Shown here: positions 1 through 11,400 of the stretch, piece by piece
Position numbering within the stretch: position 1 is the first letter of the stretch
Layout: the number at the start of each line of letters is the position of its first letter
Position numbers and translations under genes: made by a program
The notes under the pieces: generated by a model
What the model was told of the DNA's origin: nothing
Seen by the model: the letters and a program-made list of their open reading frames with translations, nothing else
The model's database searches: none
Assembly: GCF_963921235.1 (NCBI RefSeq)
Contig: NC_086107.1
Span: forward strand, 95,232,001 to 95,296,000
From: Mobula hypostoma
Taxonomy: Eukaryota
Direction: 5' to 3'
Length of the DNA stretch: 64,000 nucleotides

Positions 1-404
1 TTAAATACATTGGCCCATTAATTGGATGAGAATTATTTTGCATCCTTCTGTATTTACTCTTAAAATAACTCTAATAAAGTAGTCCCTATAACCTTTAGCG
101 CATGTACAGAGTTTGTTTGTGGGTACGTCTTGCTGCTAAATCAGAGAACAAGAAGGAATGAATTTTAAAATATTTCCATTTTAACAGTTCGTGAGGGGCA
201 AGGCTCTGGTACATCTTGATACCAGCTGGCTGATTATAGATTCCTGAAGCTACTTGGTAACACTGACAGGCAGTGATTGCTTCATCTTGCTTGTGACTTT
301 TTCCCCTCTTCCGTTCCAGTCCAGAACCAACATTATCTGTGCCTTCCTCTCCATAGATGTGACCTGACCTGCTGTGCTCCTCCAGCATTTAGTGTGCGCT
401 GCTC

Positions 405-1820
405 CGAGAGACACAGGTCAGTGCACAGATCTCCCCCGAGAGACACTAAGTCAGTGTACAGATCTCAGCCGAGAGACACTGGTCACTGTACAGATCTCCC
501 CCAAGGGACACTAGGTTAGTGTACAGATCTCCGCTGGGAGACACCGGTCACTGTACAGATCTGCCCCACAGACGATCACTGTACAGATTCTCCCGAGAGA
601 CACCGGTCACTGTACAGATCTCCCCCGAGAGACACGGGTCACTGCACAGATTTCCCCCGAGAGACACTTGGTAAGTGTACAGATCTTCCCCGAGAGGCAC
701 CAGTCATTGTACAGATTCTCCCCGAGAGACACTAGGTCAGTGTACAGATCTCCCCTGAGAGACACCGGTCACTGTACAGATCTCCCCCGAGAGACACTAG
801 GTCAGTGTACAGATCTCCCCTGAGAGACACCGGTCACTGTACAGATCTCCCCCGAGAGACACTAGGTCAGTGTACAGATCTCCCCTGAGAGACACCGGTC
901 ACTGTACAGATCTCCCCCGAGAGACACTAGGTCAGTGTACAGATCTCCCCTGAGAGACACCGGTCACTGTACAGATCTCCCCCGAGAGACACTAGGTCAG
1001 TGTACAGATCTCCCCTGAGAGACACCGGTCACTGTACAGATCTCCCCCGAGAGACACTAGGTCAGTGTACAGATCTCCCCTGAGAGACACCGGTCACTGT
1101 ACAGATCTCCCCCGAGAGACACTAGGTCAGTGTACAGATCTCCCCTGAGAGACACCGGTCACTGTACAGATCTCCCCCGAGAGACACTAGGTCAGTGTAC
1201 AGATCTCCCCTGAGAGACACCGGTCACTGTACAGATCTCCCCCGAGAGACACTAGGTCAGTGTACAGATCTCCCCTGAGAGACACCGGTCACTGTACAGA
1301 TCTCCCCCGAGAGACACTAGGTCAGTGTACAGATCTCCCCTGAGAGACACCGGTCACTGTACAGATCTCCCCCGAGAGACACTAGGTCAGTGTACAGATC
1401 TCCCCTGAGAGACACCGGTCACTGTACAGATCTCCCCCGAGAGACACCGGTCACTGTACAGATCTCCCCTGAGAGACACCGGTCACTGTACAGATCTCCC
1501 CCGAGAGACACTAGGTCAGTGTACAGATCTCCCCTGAGAGACACCGGTCACTGTACAGATCTCCCCCGAGAGACACTAGGTCAGTGTACAGATCTCCCCT
1601 GAGAGACACCGGTCACTGTACAGATCTCCCCCGAGAGACACCGGTCACTGTACAGATCTTCCCCGAGAGGCACCAGTCATTGTACAGATTCTCCCCGAGA
1701 GACACTAGGTCAGTGTACAGATCTCCCCTGAGAGACACCGGTCACTGTACAGATTTCCCCCGAGAGACACTTGGTAAGTGTACAGATCTTCCCCGAGAGA
1801 CAATGGTCACTGTACAGATA
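405..1820. repeat. Minisatellite of alternating 32- and 33-bp monomers (65-bp dimer)
   Basis: tgtacagatctcccctgagagacaccggtcac / tgtacagatctcccccgagagacactaggtcag; near-perfect in the centre, degenerate at the edges. Confidence 0.97.
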
Positions 1821-1935
1821 TTAAGAGAGGGGAGGAGAGAGGAGTTGGAGAGGAATGAAACACACAGACAATAATTCAATGACTTGACACCACCAACAGA
1901 CACTTGTTTAAGAAAGCATTGTTCAACCTTTAACT

Positions 1936-1941
1936 TTTATT
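1936..1941 (-). terminator. SRRM2 polyadenylation signal AATAAA
   Basis: AATAAA on the minus strand ~460 nt after the stop codon, followed by GT/T-rich sequence. Confidence 0.7.
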
Positions 1942-2397
1942 TGTCTTTGTGTGGTGAAGGGGGTGTTTCAGTGTAACAGGAAGGGGTAAACAACAAACTG
2001 TGGATCATACAAAATCTAAGCAAGACTGGAGCTTGGTTATTGAAGCTCCCTGTGAGGCCAGTGGTGTCTGTTGAAATCCTGCCCTCCAGTACCCACCATG
2101 TTTGGGGAGGGGGATGGTTGAGTCTTGACTATTCCCTCCACACCACCTGGCCAGGCCTGTCATTGTCCACAGAACCTCTTGAATTTCTCAGGGTCTCCCT
2201 GCATAGAGGCCGGCATTTAAGAAGACAGGAAAAGGATATCTTATAAAAAATAAACAACGGGGGAAAGAAGTTAACGATACAGGATTTACTTTTCACAGTC
2301 TGGAAGGGCAAATAGTCTTTCAGCAGTCCGCCAGCACCTCGGGGCGACGATCTCCATTGCTGAAAACACAGAGGAGCGACTGGAGCCATTTCCTGGT

Positions 2398-2407
2398 CTA
2401 AGGAGAC
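2398..2407 (-). CDS. SRRM2: SRRM2 exon 15, coding part (R-S-P-stop)
   Basis: ctctcccag|G TCT CCT TAG; same RSP* end as human SRRM2. Confidence 0.88.
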
Positions 2408-5400
2408 CTGGGAGAGATGACAGGGAGAGGAATCAGAAGGGTGATATAATTGGAGGGCGTGTGGGGAAGCGGGTCCCGTCTCCATGCATCCCCGGCAGCT
2501 TTGTTAATGGAAGAATCTCTGTTCTATGGGTGGCCACTCACACACACTCTCGTTCACTGTGATGCTTTCTCTCTGTGATATTCTCTTGCCGTGTCTTTGT
2601 GTGGTGAATACAATCTTGTACACAGATGCACACTCAAACACACCGAGGCAAACTTCAGAAGCTGCTTGCAAGAAATCAACTCAGAGAGACACCTCTCTTG
2701 TGGGTCTCTGCACACAGCAAGGTGGCCATTAAGGAACGCTGCTGACTGATGCATATTCCAGGCTAACGAGAGCACGCTGTGGGATGTGCTGGGGCTGGGC
2801 AAAGGACCACGGTATTAGGTTCCCTTGGTACCGGGCACGGAGCTCAAATGAAAGGAGAAAGTACATAAACAATGGAAGGTCCCTTATAAGCATCAAGGTA
2901 CAGAGGAAACATGGGGTCCAGGTGGCTACACAAGTGGAAAATGTGTAGCCTTTAATCAGGAGGGGTGCTGAGTGTCTAGGCACTGCATTCATAACATTAT
3001 TAATTCATTATTTGTGAAAAACATTCAGAAAAAGGCGTCCACGGCTGATTTTGAATTTGCGTAGGGGGAGTAACCAGGGCAGTCCAGCCCTCTATGGCGC
3101 ACTCTGGAGGTCAGTGAGAACGGCTGGGGAATCTCTGACCCTTCAGTAATAGATGGTTGGCTGTATGGAGAGTGTGGACAGTGGGATCCCACTGGGGATG
3201 TAGATGGTGGGAGATAATGGGAAGGGGGGGGATACCACTGGGAGTGAGTGGAGAGGGGAGGGTGGGGACTTGCTGAGACCCAGACCATTACTTACCTCCG
3301 GTACCTCCGCCGATCCCGAGGACTCGGGAAATCGTGATGCCTCTTCCTGGCTGGTGACTGGCTGCCCGACCGCCTGTGGCGACGCTCCCGCTCCCTGTGG
3401 GGGGAGAGGGAAAGGTGCAATCTAGAGGGGCACCCACAGCTACCTATGAACTTAACTGTCCCATCCTCAGCCCTCAGAACCCCCCAACTCTCAAACGCCC
3501 TACCCTCACAACCTTGACCCTCGGCTCCCATCTTGCCCTCAATCCCCACCCTTCTGCATTCTGCCTCCAGCTTCGATATCCCATTTAGTCTGATCATCTC
3601 CCCGCATCATTCGATAACCCACTCCTAACACCGTCCAATATAATACAGCACACAATACACCTCCAAAATCCCATCTCCTCCACTACCCTATCCAGTCTGA
3701 TTCCCATCTCCACTCCACCCAATACCCCACACCCCAGATATCCTACATCCTCCAATATCCCACCCTCACACCCTGATATCCCACCCACACCCTCCAATAT
3801 CCCATCTCCACACATAGACCCTCAAATAAGGAATTCCCTGCACCCAATATCCCACACCCCAGATATCCTACACCCTCTGATATCCCACACCCAATATTCC
3901 ACCCTGCACTTTCCAACATCCACACCCGACGCGCACCTCTGCTATTCCACCCAATCCGAACATATTATGCTGTCCAATATCCCACCCAATCCCAGCTCCC
4001 ACCAGGGAACCATACCGCTGCCGATGGGATTCCCTGGATGCCTGGGCTCGCCTCCGCTCCACTGGTGAGTAACTGAGCGACCGGGAATCCCTCAGTGAGT
4101 CGATGGGCTTCCTCGGGCTGCGTGACCGCCTGTGGTGGGGAGGGAATATGTTTCCATTTAGATCAGTATGGATGTGAGCATGTCCTAGGAGCAGACCCAT
4201 CCACTCCTTCCCTCTCTCCCTACCACTCACCGTCCTCGAGGAGGGGAGGGCGTCCTCCTGGGCCGCTCCCTGCGCCTCCGCCGCGTCCGCGAGAGGGAGG
4301 AGGAGCTGGAGGAGGACGTGCTGCCAGCGCGGTGTCGCCTGGGGTTCCTGCTGCGGGAGTGCCGGGATCCAGCCCGACCCTGGGCCGTGCCAGCCGCTCC
4401 CCCTCTCCTGGTCCCGCTGCTTGATCTCTGCCTCCCTCTGTCCTGCGATGAGCTGGGTCCCCTGTGGATGTGGTGGTGGGGGGTAGGGGGGAGGGAGAGA
4501 AACACATTGTGAAGATCACGGGGAAGTCAACTGCCAAGTGCCTCCCCCCCCCACCACCCCTGCCGGAACTCGAGTTAACTTGAACTGTGATCACCATTCC
4601 CAAAATATCCCCCCACTGACAGACCAGTCGTCTGTGGGTGGGAACGGAGGGAGGAGACGGAGACCTACTGCCAGCTTATAGTGGAGTTGACCGCTGCATC
4701 CAGCTCATGAGTTATCTTGGGTTATGACTGCTATTCCCAAATGCCCCTCCCATATTGAAGGCCAGACACCTATGGATGGGGTGGGGAAGGGTGAGGGAGA
4801 TAGAAACCTGCTGTTAGACTGCAGGGAAGCCCATCATAGCTACCTTCCCCCCTGAAAACATAGTCCATGAATTGACTTGAGTTGTGACTGCTATTCCCAG
4901 AATGCTCCCCCTATTGAAAAGGCAGTAAATCTTCCGGGCTCATTTCCCCACTAAGCCAGGCCAGGTTTGTTCCCTCCTCTGGGTTGGACAACATACATTA
5001 CTGTTGCAAGAAACTCGCTTGAATCCATGAAATTCCACACTGCCCAAGTCTCTTGCAATACTGAGGAAGTTAAGATCACCCACAAGGACAACTCTGTAAC
5101 TTGTATACTTTCCCATAATCTGTCTGCATAACTGTTCCTCTCTTCTCTCACTAGTTATTAGGAAATCGATGGTAATAACCCCACCAAAATGACACCTTTC
5201 TGTTTTGGAGCTTTATCTATATTAGACCTTTGAGGCTCTGGAAAGGGCCCAGAAGTGGTTAACAAGATGAACACAGAGTAGTTATAACAGTGTTATATAT
5301 AAACGACCCAGATGAAGACGTGGATGGGGGGGTTAGTAAGTTTGCAGACAATACAAAGATTGGTGGTGTTGTGGGTAGTGTGGAAGATTGCCGAAGGACA

Positions 5401-8400
5401 CAGCGGGATATAGATCAGACGTACAGTAGATATGGGAGGAGAAATGGCAGACATTTTAATCTGGGCAAGTATGCAGTTCTGCACTTTGGGGGATGAAGTT
5501 TAAAGGGAGAGTACACCATTAATGGCAGGACCCTTAACAGTGTGAATAGTGGGATCTTGGGGTCCAAGACCGCAAGCCCCGGAAAGTGGCTGCACAGGTC
5601 AATAGGGTAGTAGAGAAGGCCTTGCCTTTATTAGTTGAGGAACTGAGTTCAAGAGTTAGAAAGTTATGTTGCAGGTTTATAAAACTTTGCTCAGCGTGCA
5701 TCTGGCACGCTTGCCTTCATCTGTCAAGGCACTGAGCCCAACATTCGGTAAGCCTACTACGACACTCTGAGCAGGCTTCACCTGGCCGCCCATTACAGGA
5801 AGGATGTGGGGGCTTTGGAGAGGGTACAGAAGATGCTTCCTGGATCAGAGGTGAGGTCGGACAAAGTTGGGTTGTTTTCTCTGGAGTGGTAGATCTGTCT
5901 ACACTGTCTCACTAAATGCAGCCAACATAATCAAGACCCCATCCACCCTAGATATTCTCTGTTTTCCCCTCTTGGTAAGGCAGAACATACAGAAGCCCGA
6001 AAGAACATTCTATCAGGTTGAAGGACAACTTCTATTTCCCTAGTGCAATAAGGCAGACTCCTGACCTTACTATTTACCTCGTCATAGCCCATGCATCTTG
6101 TCTGCCTGCATTGCATTTTCTGTGTAAATGTGACACATTATTCTGCATTTTATCATTGTTTTTCCCCTGTACTACCTCAATGTACTGATAGAGTGAAATG
6201 ATCTGCATGCTAACATTGCTGTGAATCGTTCCAACTTAATCCCATGTTTCCATAGTTGGGAGTCCAGAACTGTAGACAGTACTCCAAGTGCAATCCCACC
6301 CACTTCTAACGGGACGTCCCATATGGAAATGATTTGGATGAAAATGCTGGTAGACTGATTAGGAAGTTGGCAACACCAAGATTGGTGGAGTTGTGGATTG
6401 CGAGGAAGGCTGTCAAGAGGATACAGCAGAACATGGAACAGTTGTAAATCAGGGTACAGGAATGGCAGATGACGTTTAATTGGTGGAAATGGGAGGCTGA
6501 ATGCAAGGAGAAAGTATACAATCTACAGAAGGACTCCTAACAGCATTGATGTACAGAAGGGTCTTGGGGTGCAAGTCCACAGCTTCCTGCACAAGTAGAT
6601 AAGCGTGGTGAAGAAGATGTGAAAAATGCTTGCTTTCATCAGTCAGTACGTTGACTATGGGTCTGGAAGTCAAGCTGCAGCTGTATAAAACCTTAAGTCA
6701 CTCTGTACATAGTCTGGTGGTCCCATTACAGGATACTGTGGGGGCTTTGAAGAGGGTACACGAGAGGTTCACCAGGTTGCTGCCTGGATTTGTGTTTATG
6801 AGCTACAAGGAGAGGTTGGCAGCAGTCTGTTTTCTCAGGAGTGGCCAAGGCTCAGAGAGAATCTGATAGAAGTTTTTAAGTTTATGAGAGGCATAGATCT
6901 TTTCCTCACATTAATGATAAGAGAAGGTAAAGGAGATGTGCGGGGCCAGTAGTGTTTGTTTTTACATAGACTGGGTGCCTGAAAAGTGTTGCCAGTGTTG
7001 GTGGTGGCAGAATGAGCTACGATAGAGGTGTTTAAGAGGGTTAAATAGGCACGTGGATGTGCAGAGAATGCAGGATGGGGACATTGTGTAGGGAGACAGG
7101 TTCAGATACATCGACGTTGAGGTTGGCACAGACACAGGGACAAGGGCCTGATTGCCTGCCCTACATATCACTGTCAGCCCAGAAGAGAAGTGCAGTGGGG
7201 AACTGGGAGTGATGAGACTGCATTACTGGGAGCTGGCACTGGTTGTGAAATGCTGAATGGCCTCATGCAGGTAATTCCCCCCTCAATGGTGCCATGGGAG
7301 CCCAACATCAGAAGGGATAGATTTGAGGAGGGGGCTCATTTCCACCTTCTCGAAGGGCGACAAGGGATGTGTGAAAAATGCTGGCAAGTTTCCCATTTTC
7401 TCAAGGGGAGGTTAGGAGTGGATGATAAATGCTGGCAAGACCTCCTGCCTTCTTGAAGGGGCAATTAGGGATGGGCAATAAATGCTGGGAAGTTCCCCAC
7501 CTTCTCTAGGGTGATTAGAGATGGGTGATGACACAGAAAAGTACAGCATAGGAACAGGCCATTTGGCCCACAATGTTGTGCTGAACCAGCTCAAAGATAA
7601 ATCTAAAACATGCAGACACTAATTCCTCCTACCTACACAATGTCCATATCTCTCCATCTTCTTTGCATCCATGTGTCTATCCAAACGTCTCTTAAAAGCC
7701 TAATGTATTTTGCCTCTACCACCATACCAGGCAGTGCATTTCAGGAAACCACAACTCTCTGAGTAAAAAAACACCCCTCACACCCCCCCCCTTGAACCTA
7801 CCCCCTCTCACCTTCAATGCATGCCCTCTGGTATTAGACATTTCAACCCTGGGAAACAGATACTCTTTTATCCACCCTATCTACGCTTCTCATAATCTTG
7901 TAAACCTCCTCCATATCCTTTTCCTTGTTAAATACTGAGGCAAAGTACTCTTTAAGTACCTCACTCACATTCTCTGCATCCAAGCAAATGTTTCTCCCTT
8001 TATCCTTGAGTGGTCCCCCCATCTCCCTAGTTAGCCTCTTGCTCTTGATGTATGTGTAGAATGCCTTGGGATTCACCTTAATTCTACTTGCCAAGGACTT
8101 TTCATGGCCCCTCCTGGTTTTTCTAATTCCTTTCTTTAGTCCTTTTCTGGCTTCTTTAAACTCATGTGGCTCGTCTGATCCTACCTTCCGAAGCTTTAGA
8201 CACTATTCCTTTTTCTCTTGACGAAATTCATCACCTCTCTGGACATCCAAGGTTCTCTTATTTTTCCATCCCTGTCTTTCCTTCTAACAGGAACATACTT
8301 TTTCTGCACTCTGTGCAATTGATCTTTAATATCTGATGTGGACTTGCCAGAGAAAAGGTGTTCCCAATTCACACTTCTTAGTTCCTGCCTTTGGTCTGAG

Positions 8401-11400
8401 ACCTCTGTCAGTCAAAGTTGACCATGGATATCGCATCCTAGCTGTCTAGATACGCAAGACTGGGCAGTACGATATGGAGAGCAAGCTGCTGCCCTTGTGG
8501 CAACTCCCCCTCTCCACACATCTGATGAACCCAAAGAAACGGCAGAGGCCGATACAGTTTGGTACCAGCAGCATCGCAGGAGTTGCCAGTCAGCATCAAA
8601 CTCAATGTTGGACTGCCTTAGGGACTCCAGCTCCGGAATTTTCCCTTGGGGTTTACTCCCAAAGCCTTCCCCGTGAGTGGGTGTAGCTGCAAGGCAGCGG
8701 AGGTTTGAGATCAGAATTTTCCTTCTCCTAAGTGAGCAACCAACCATGGCTGACAAGCCCCATCTGCCCGAGGTGACTGGTTTTAAGGTGCCAGTAACCC
8801 GCCTTTGCTCCTTCTCCTGTCAGTAGAAACGGTTCTGCTGGGCTTAGTAGCTAAGCTACATGTGAAGACCAGGAGCTGGACTTGGGTTGTCAGAGGTTAT
8901 TTGAGGTGCACACCATTGGGAGCATTTAACTGGTAGTGGGAGCTTGTCCCCTTTATCACCCCCGGCTATCACAACTTTTAAGTACCTGTCTAATGCCCTT
9001 GTAATTTGCTCTACTCCAATTTAAAACTCTTCCACAAGGACCATACCTATCCCCATCTACATCTATCTTAAAAGTCAAACAGTTATGGTCAGTGTTCCCT
9101 AACAGCTCACTCACTGAAAGGTCAGTCACCAGGCCAGGCTCATGGATGGACCCTCCTCTCGTTGTACGGCTCACATATAGATTTAAGAAATCTTCCAGGA
9201 TACCCTAACTCTTGATAATTAGGGATAGATGATAAATGCTGGCAAGCTCGCACCTAATTGAGGAATGAATCAGGCTGAATGACACGCCCTCCTTTCCCCT
9301 GCCCCATGAACTCCCCCCGTCCACCCAACTTACCGCTTCCTGTGTCTGTTGTGATCTCGGTCCCTCCTGGCAGCTGAAGGTGAGCGGCTGCTCCCCGAGG
9401 CAGGGGAGCTGGAGGAGGAGGAAGAGGAGGAAGAAGAGGAGGTGGATGAGGAGGAAGTAGAGGAGGTGGTCGAGGACGAGGAGGAAGATCCTCGGCGCTT
9501 CCTTTTGGAGGCAGTCACCTGAGGTCTGGAGTTTGGAGGTGAGGAAGGCAGACCCTGGGAGGGGCTCTCTCTGCTTGGGGTGCCTTCCTGCCCTCTTCCC
9601 TGCCCTGTTGGGGAGACAGCAGGTGGAGGGCCATGGGGAGTGGACGGGGATGGGTCCCTTCCTCCACCTGTCCCCGGCAATACAGGAGGGGGGCTTCTGA
9701 CAGCTGGACTCTCCCTCCGGGAGTCCGGACAAACTGTCAGAGACCAGGGAATGTCTGCCGGCTGGCTCCAGCCCCCCAGCTCTCTGGGTTGTCTGGGAGA
9801 AGTGGTCTGTCGTCTGGGAGATGGGACCCATCGTCTCGGGGACCTGCTTTGCCTGGGTGAGGGGGTCTGGTGCTTGGGGGAGGGGCTTTGACGCCTGGGA
9901 GAGGGACCCTGACGCTCGGGAGAGGGGCCTTGGCGCCCGGGAGAAGGGGTCTGGCGCCCGGGAGAGGGGCTCTGGCGCCCGGGAGAGGGGCTCTGGCGCC
10001 CGGGAGAGGGGCTGTGGCTTCTGGGAGAGGGGCTCTGGCTTCTGGGAGAGGGGCTGTGGCGCCTGGGAGAGGGGCTCTGGCGCCTGGGAGAAGGGGTTCG
10101 GTGCCTGGGAGAGGGGCTCTGGTGCCTGGGAGAGGGGCTCTGGCGCCTGGGAGAAGGGGTCCGGCGCCTGGGAGAGGGGCTCTGGCGTCTGGGAGAGGGG
10201 CTCTGGCGTCTGGGAGAAGGGCTCTGGCGTCTGGGAGAAGGGGTCTGGCGTCTGGGAGAAGGAGTCTGGCGTCTGGGAGAAGGAGTCTGGCGTCTGGGAG
10301 AGGGGCTCTGGCTTCTGGGAGAAGGGCTACGGCGTCTGGGAGAAGGGCTCTGGCGTCTGGGAGAAGGGCTCTGGCGTCTGGGAGAAGGGCTACGGCGTCT
10401 GGGAGAAGGGCTCCTGCGCCTGAGAGAAGGGCTACGGCGCCTGGGAGAAGGGCTACGGCGTCTGGGAGAAGCGCTACGGCGCCTGGGAGAAGGGCTACGG
10501 CGCCTGGGAGAAGGGCTACGGCGCCTGGGAGAAGGGCTACGGCGCCTGGGAGAAGGGCTTTGGCGCCTGGGAGAAGGGCTCTGGCGTCTGGAAGAAGGGA
10601 CCCAGTGTCTTGGGGATCTGTTCGGTCTGGGTGAAAGACTCCGGCGCCGGGGAGAGGGGACCCAGCATCGTGGAGATCTGCTCTGCCTAGGAGAGTGGCC
10701 CTGGAATCTGGGAGATGGGCTCCGATGTGTTGGGGACTTGCTCCGTCTGGAAGACAGGCACTGACGTCTAGGTGATGGGCTGCTGCATCTGGGGGATCTG
10801 CTGCGTCTGGGAGATAGGTTCTTGCGTCTGGGAGATGAGCTCTTGCGCCTAGGTGGCCTTTTGCGTCTTGCATCTATGCTCTGCCTGGGAGACTTCTTGC
10901 GTCTGGGAGATGGGCTGTGTCTGGGGCAGGGGCCCTGGCGTCTGGGAGATGGGCTCTTGCGTCTTGGGGACTTGCTCTCCCGCCTCAGAGAGGGGCTCCT
11001 GCTCCTCGGGGACTCACTATGTCTCAGTGAGGCTTTAGATTGCCGTGGTGATGACCTCTCACGCCTTGGCGACTTGCTCTGTCTTGGCAACGACCTCTCA
11101 CGCCTCGGTGATGACTTCACTCGTTTTGGTGATGCCTTAGATTGTCTTGGCGACAACCTCTCGCGCCTTGGCGATGACCTTACTCGCCTTGGTGATGCCT
11201 TGGACTGCCTTGACGATGACCTCTCGTGCCTTGGTGATGCTTTAGATTGCCTTGGAGATGACTTCTCACGTCTTGGTGATGACTTATTGTGCCTTGGCGA
11301 TGACTTTAGTCGCCTTGGTGATTCCTTAGACTGCCTTGGTGGTGACCTCTCGGGCCTTGGTGATGACCTCTTGCGCCTTGGTGATGCTTTAGACCGCCTT

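Noticed and set aside
95-388. 97-aa minus-strand ORF as an exon of a neighbouring gene
   Set aside because: No recognisable homology, and its first part lies in a degenerate repeat tail
405-1820. CRISPR-like array, or coding ORFs (1390..1602, 1584..1874)
   Set aside because: Head-to-tail repeats with no unique spacers, no cas genes, eukaryotic context; the 65-bp period is not a multiple of three
8520-8550. CTGATGA...GAAA as a second hammerhead
   Set aside because: No helix II and no NUH cleavage triplet in position
10130-10185. SPRRRTPSPRR matches the hepatitis B core C-terminal domain, suggesting an endogenous hepadnavirus
   Set aside because: Low-complexity convergence inside the SRRM2 repeat; no core assembly domain, polymerase or surface sequence nearby
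9737-10873. Overlapping repeat ORFs (378, 254 and 200 aa: LLPGAVA, APGRRA, WERGSG)
   Set aside because: Alternative frames and strands of a stop-free tandem repeat
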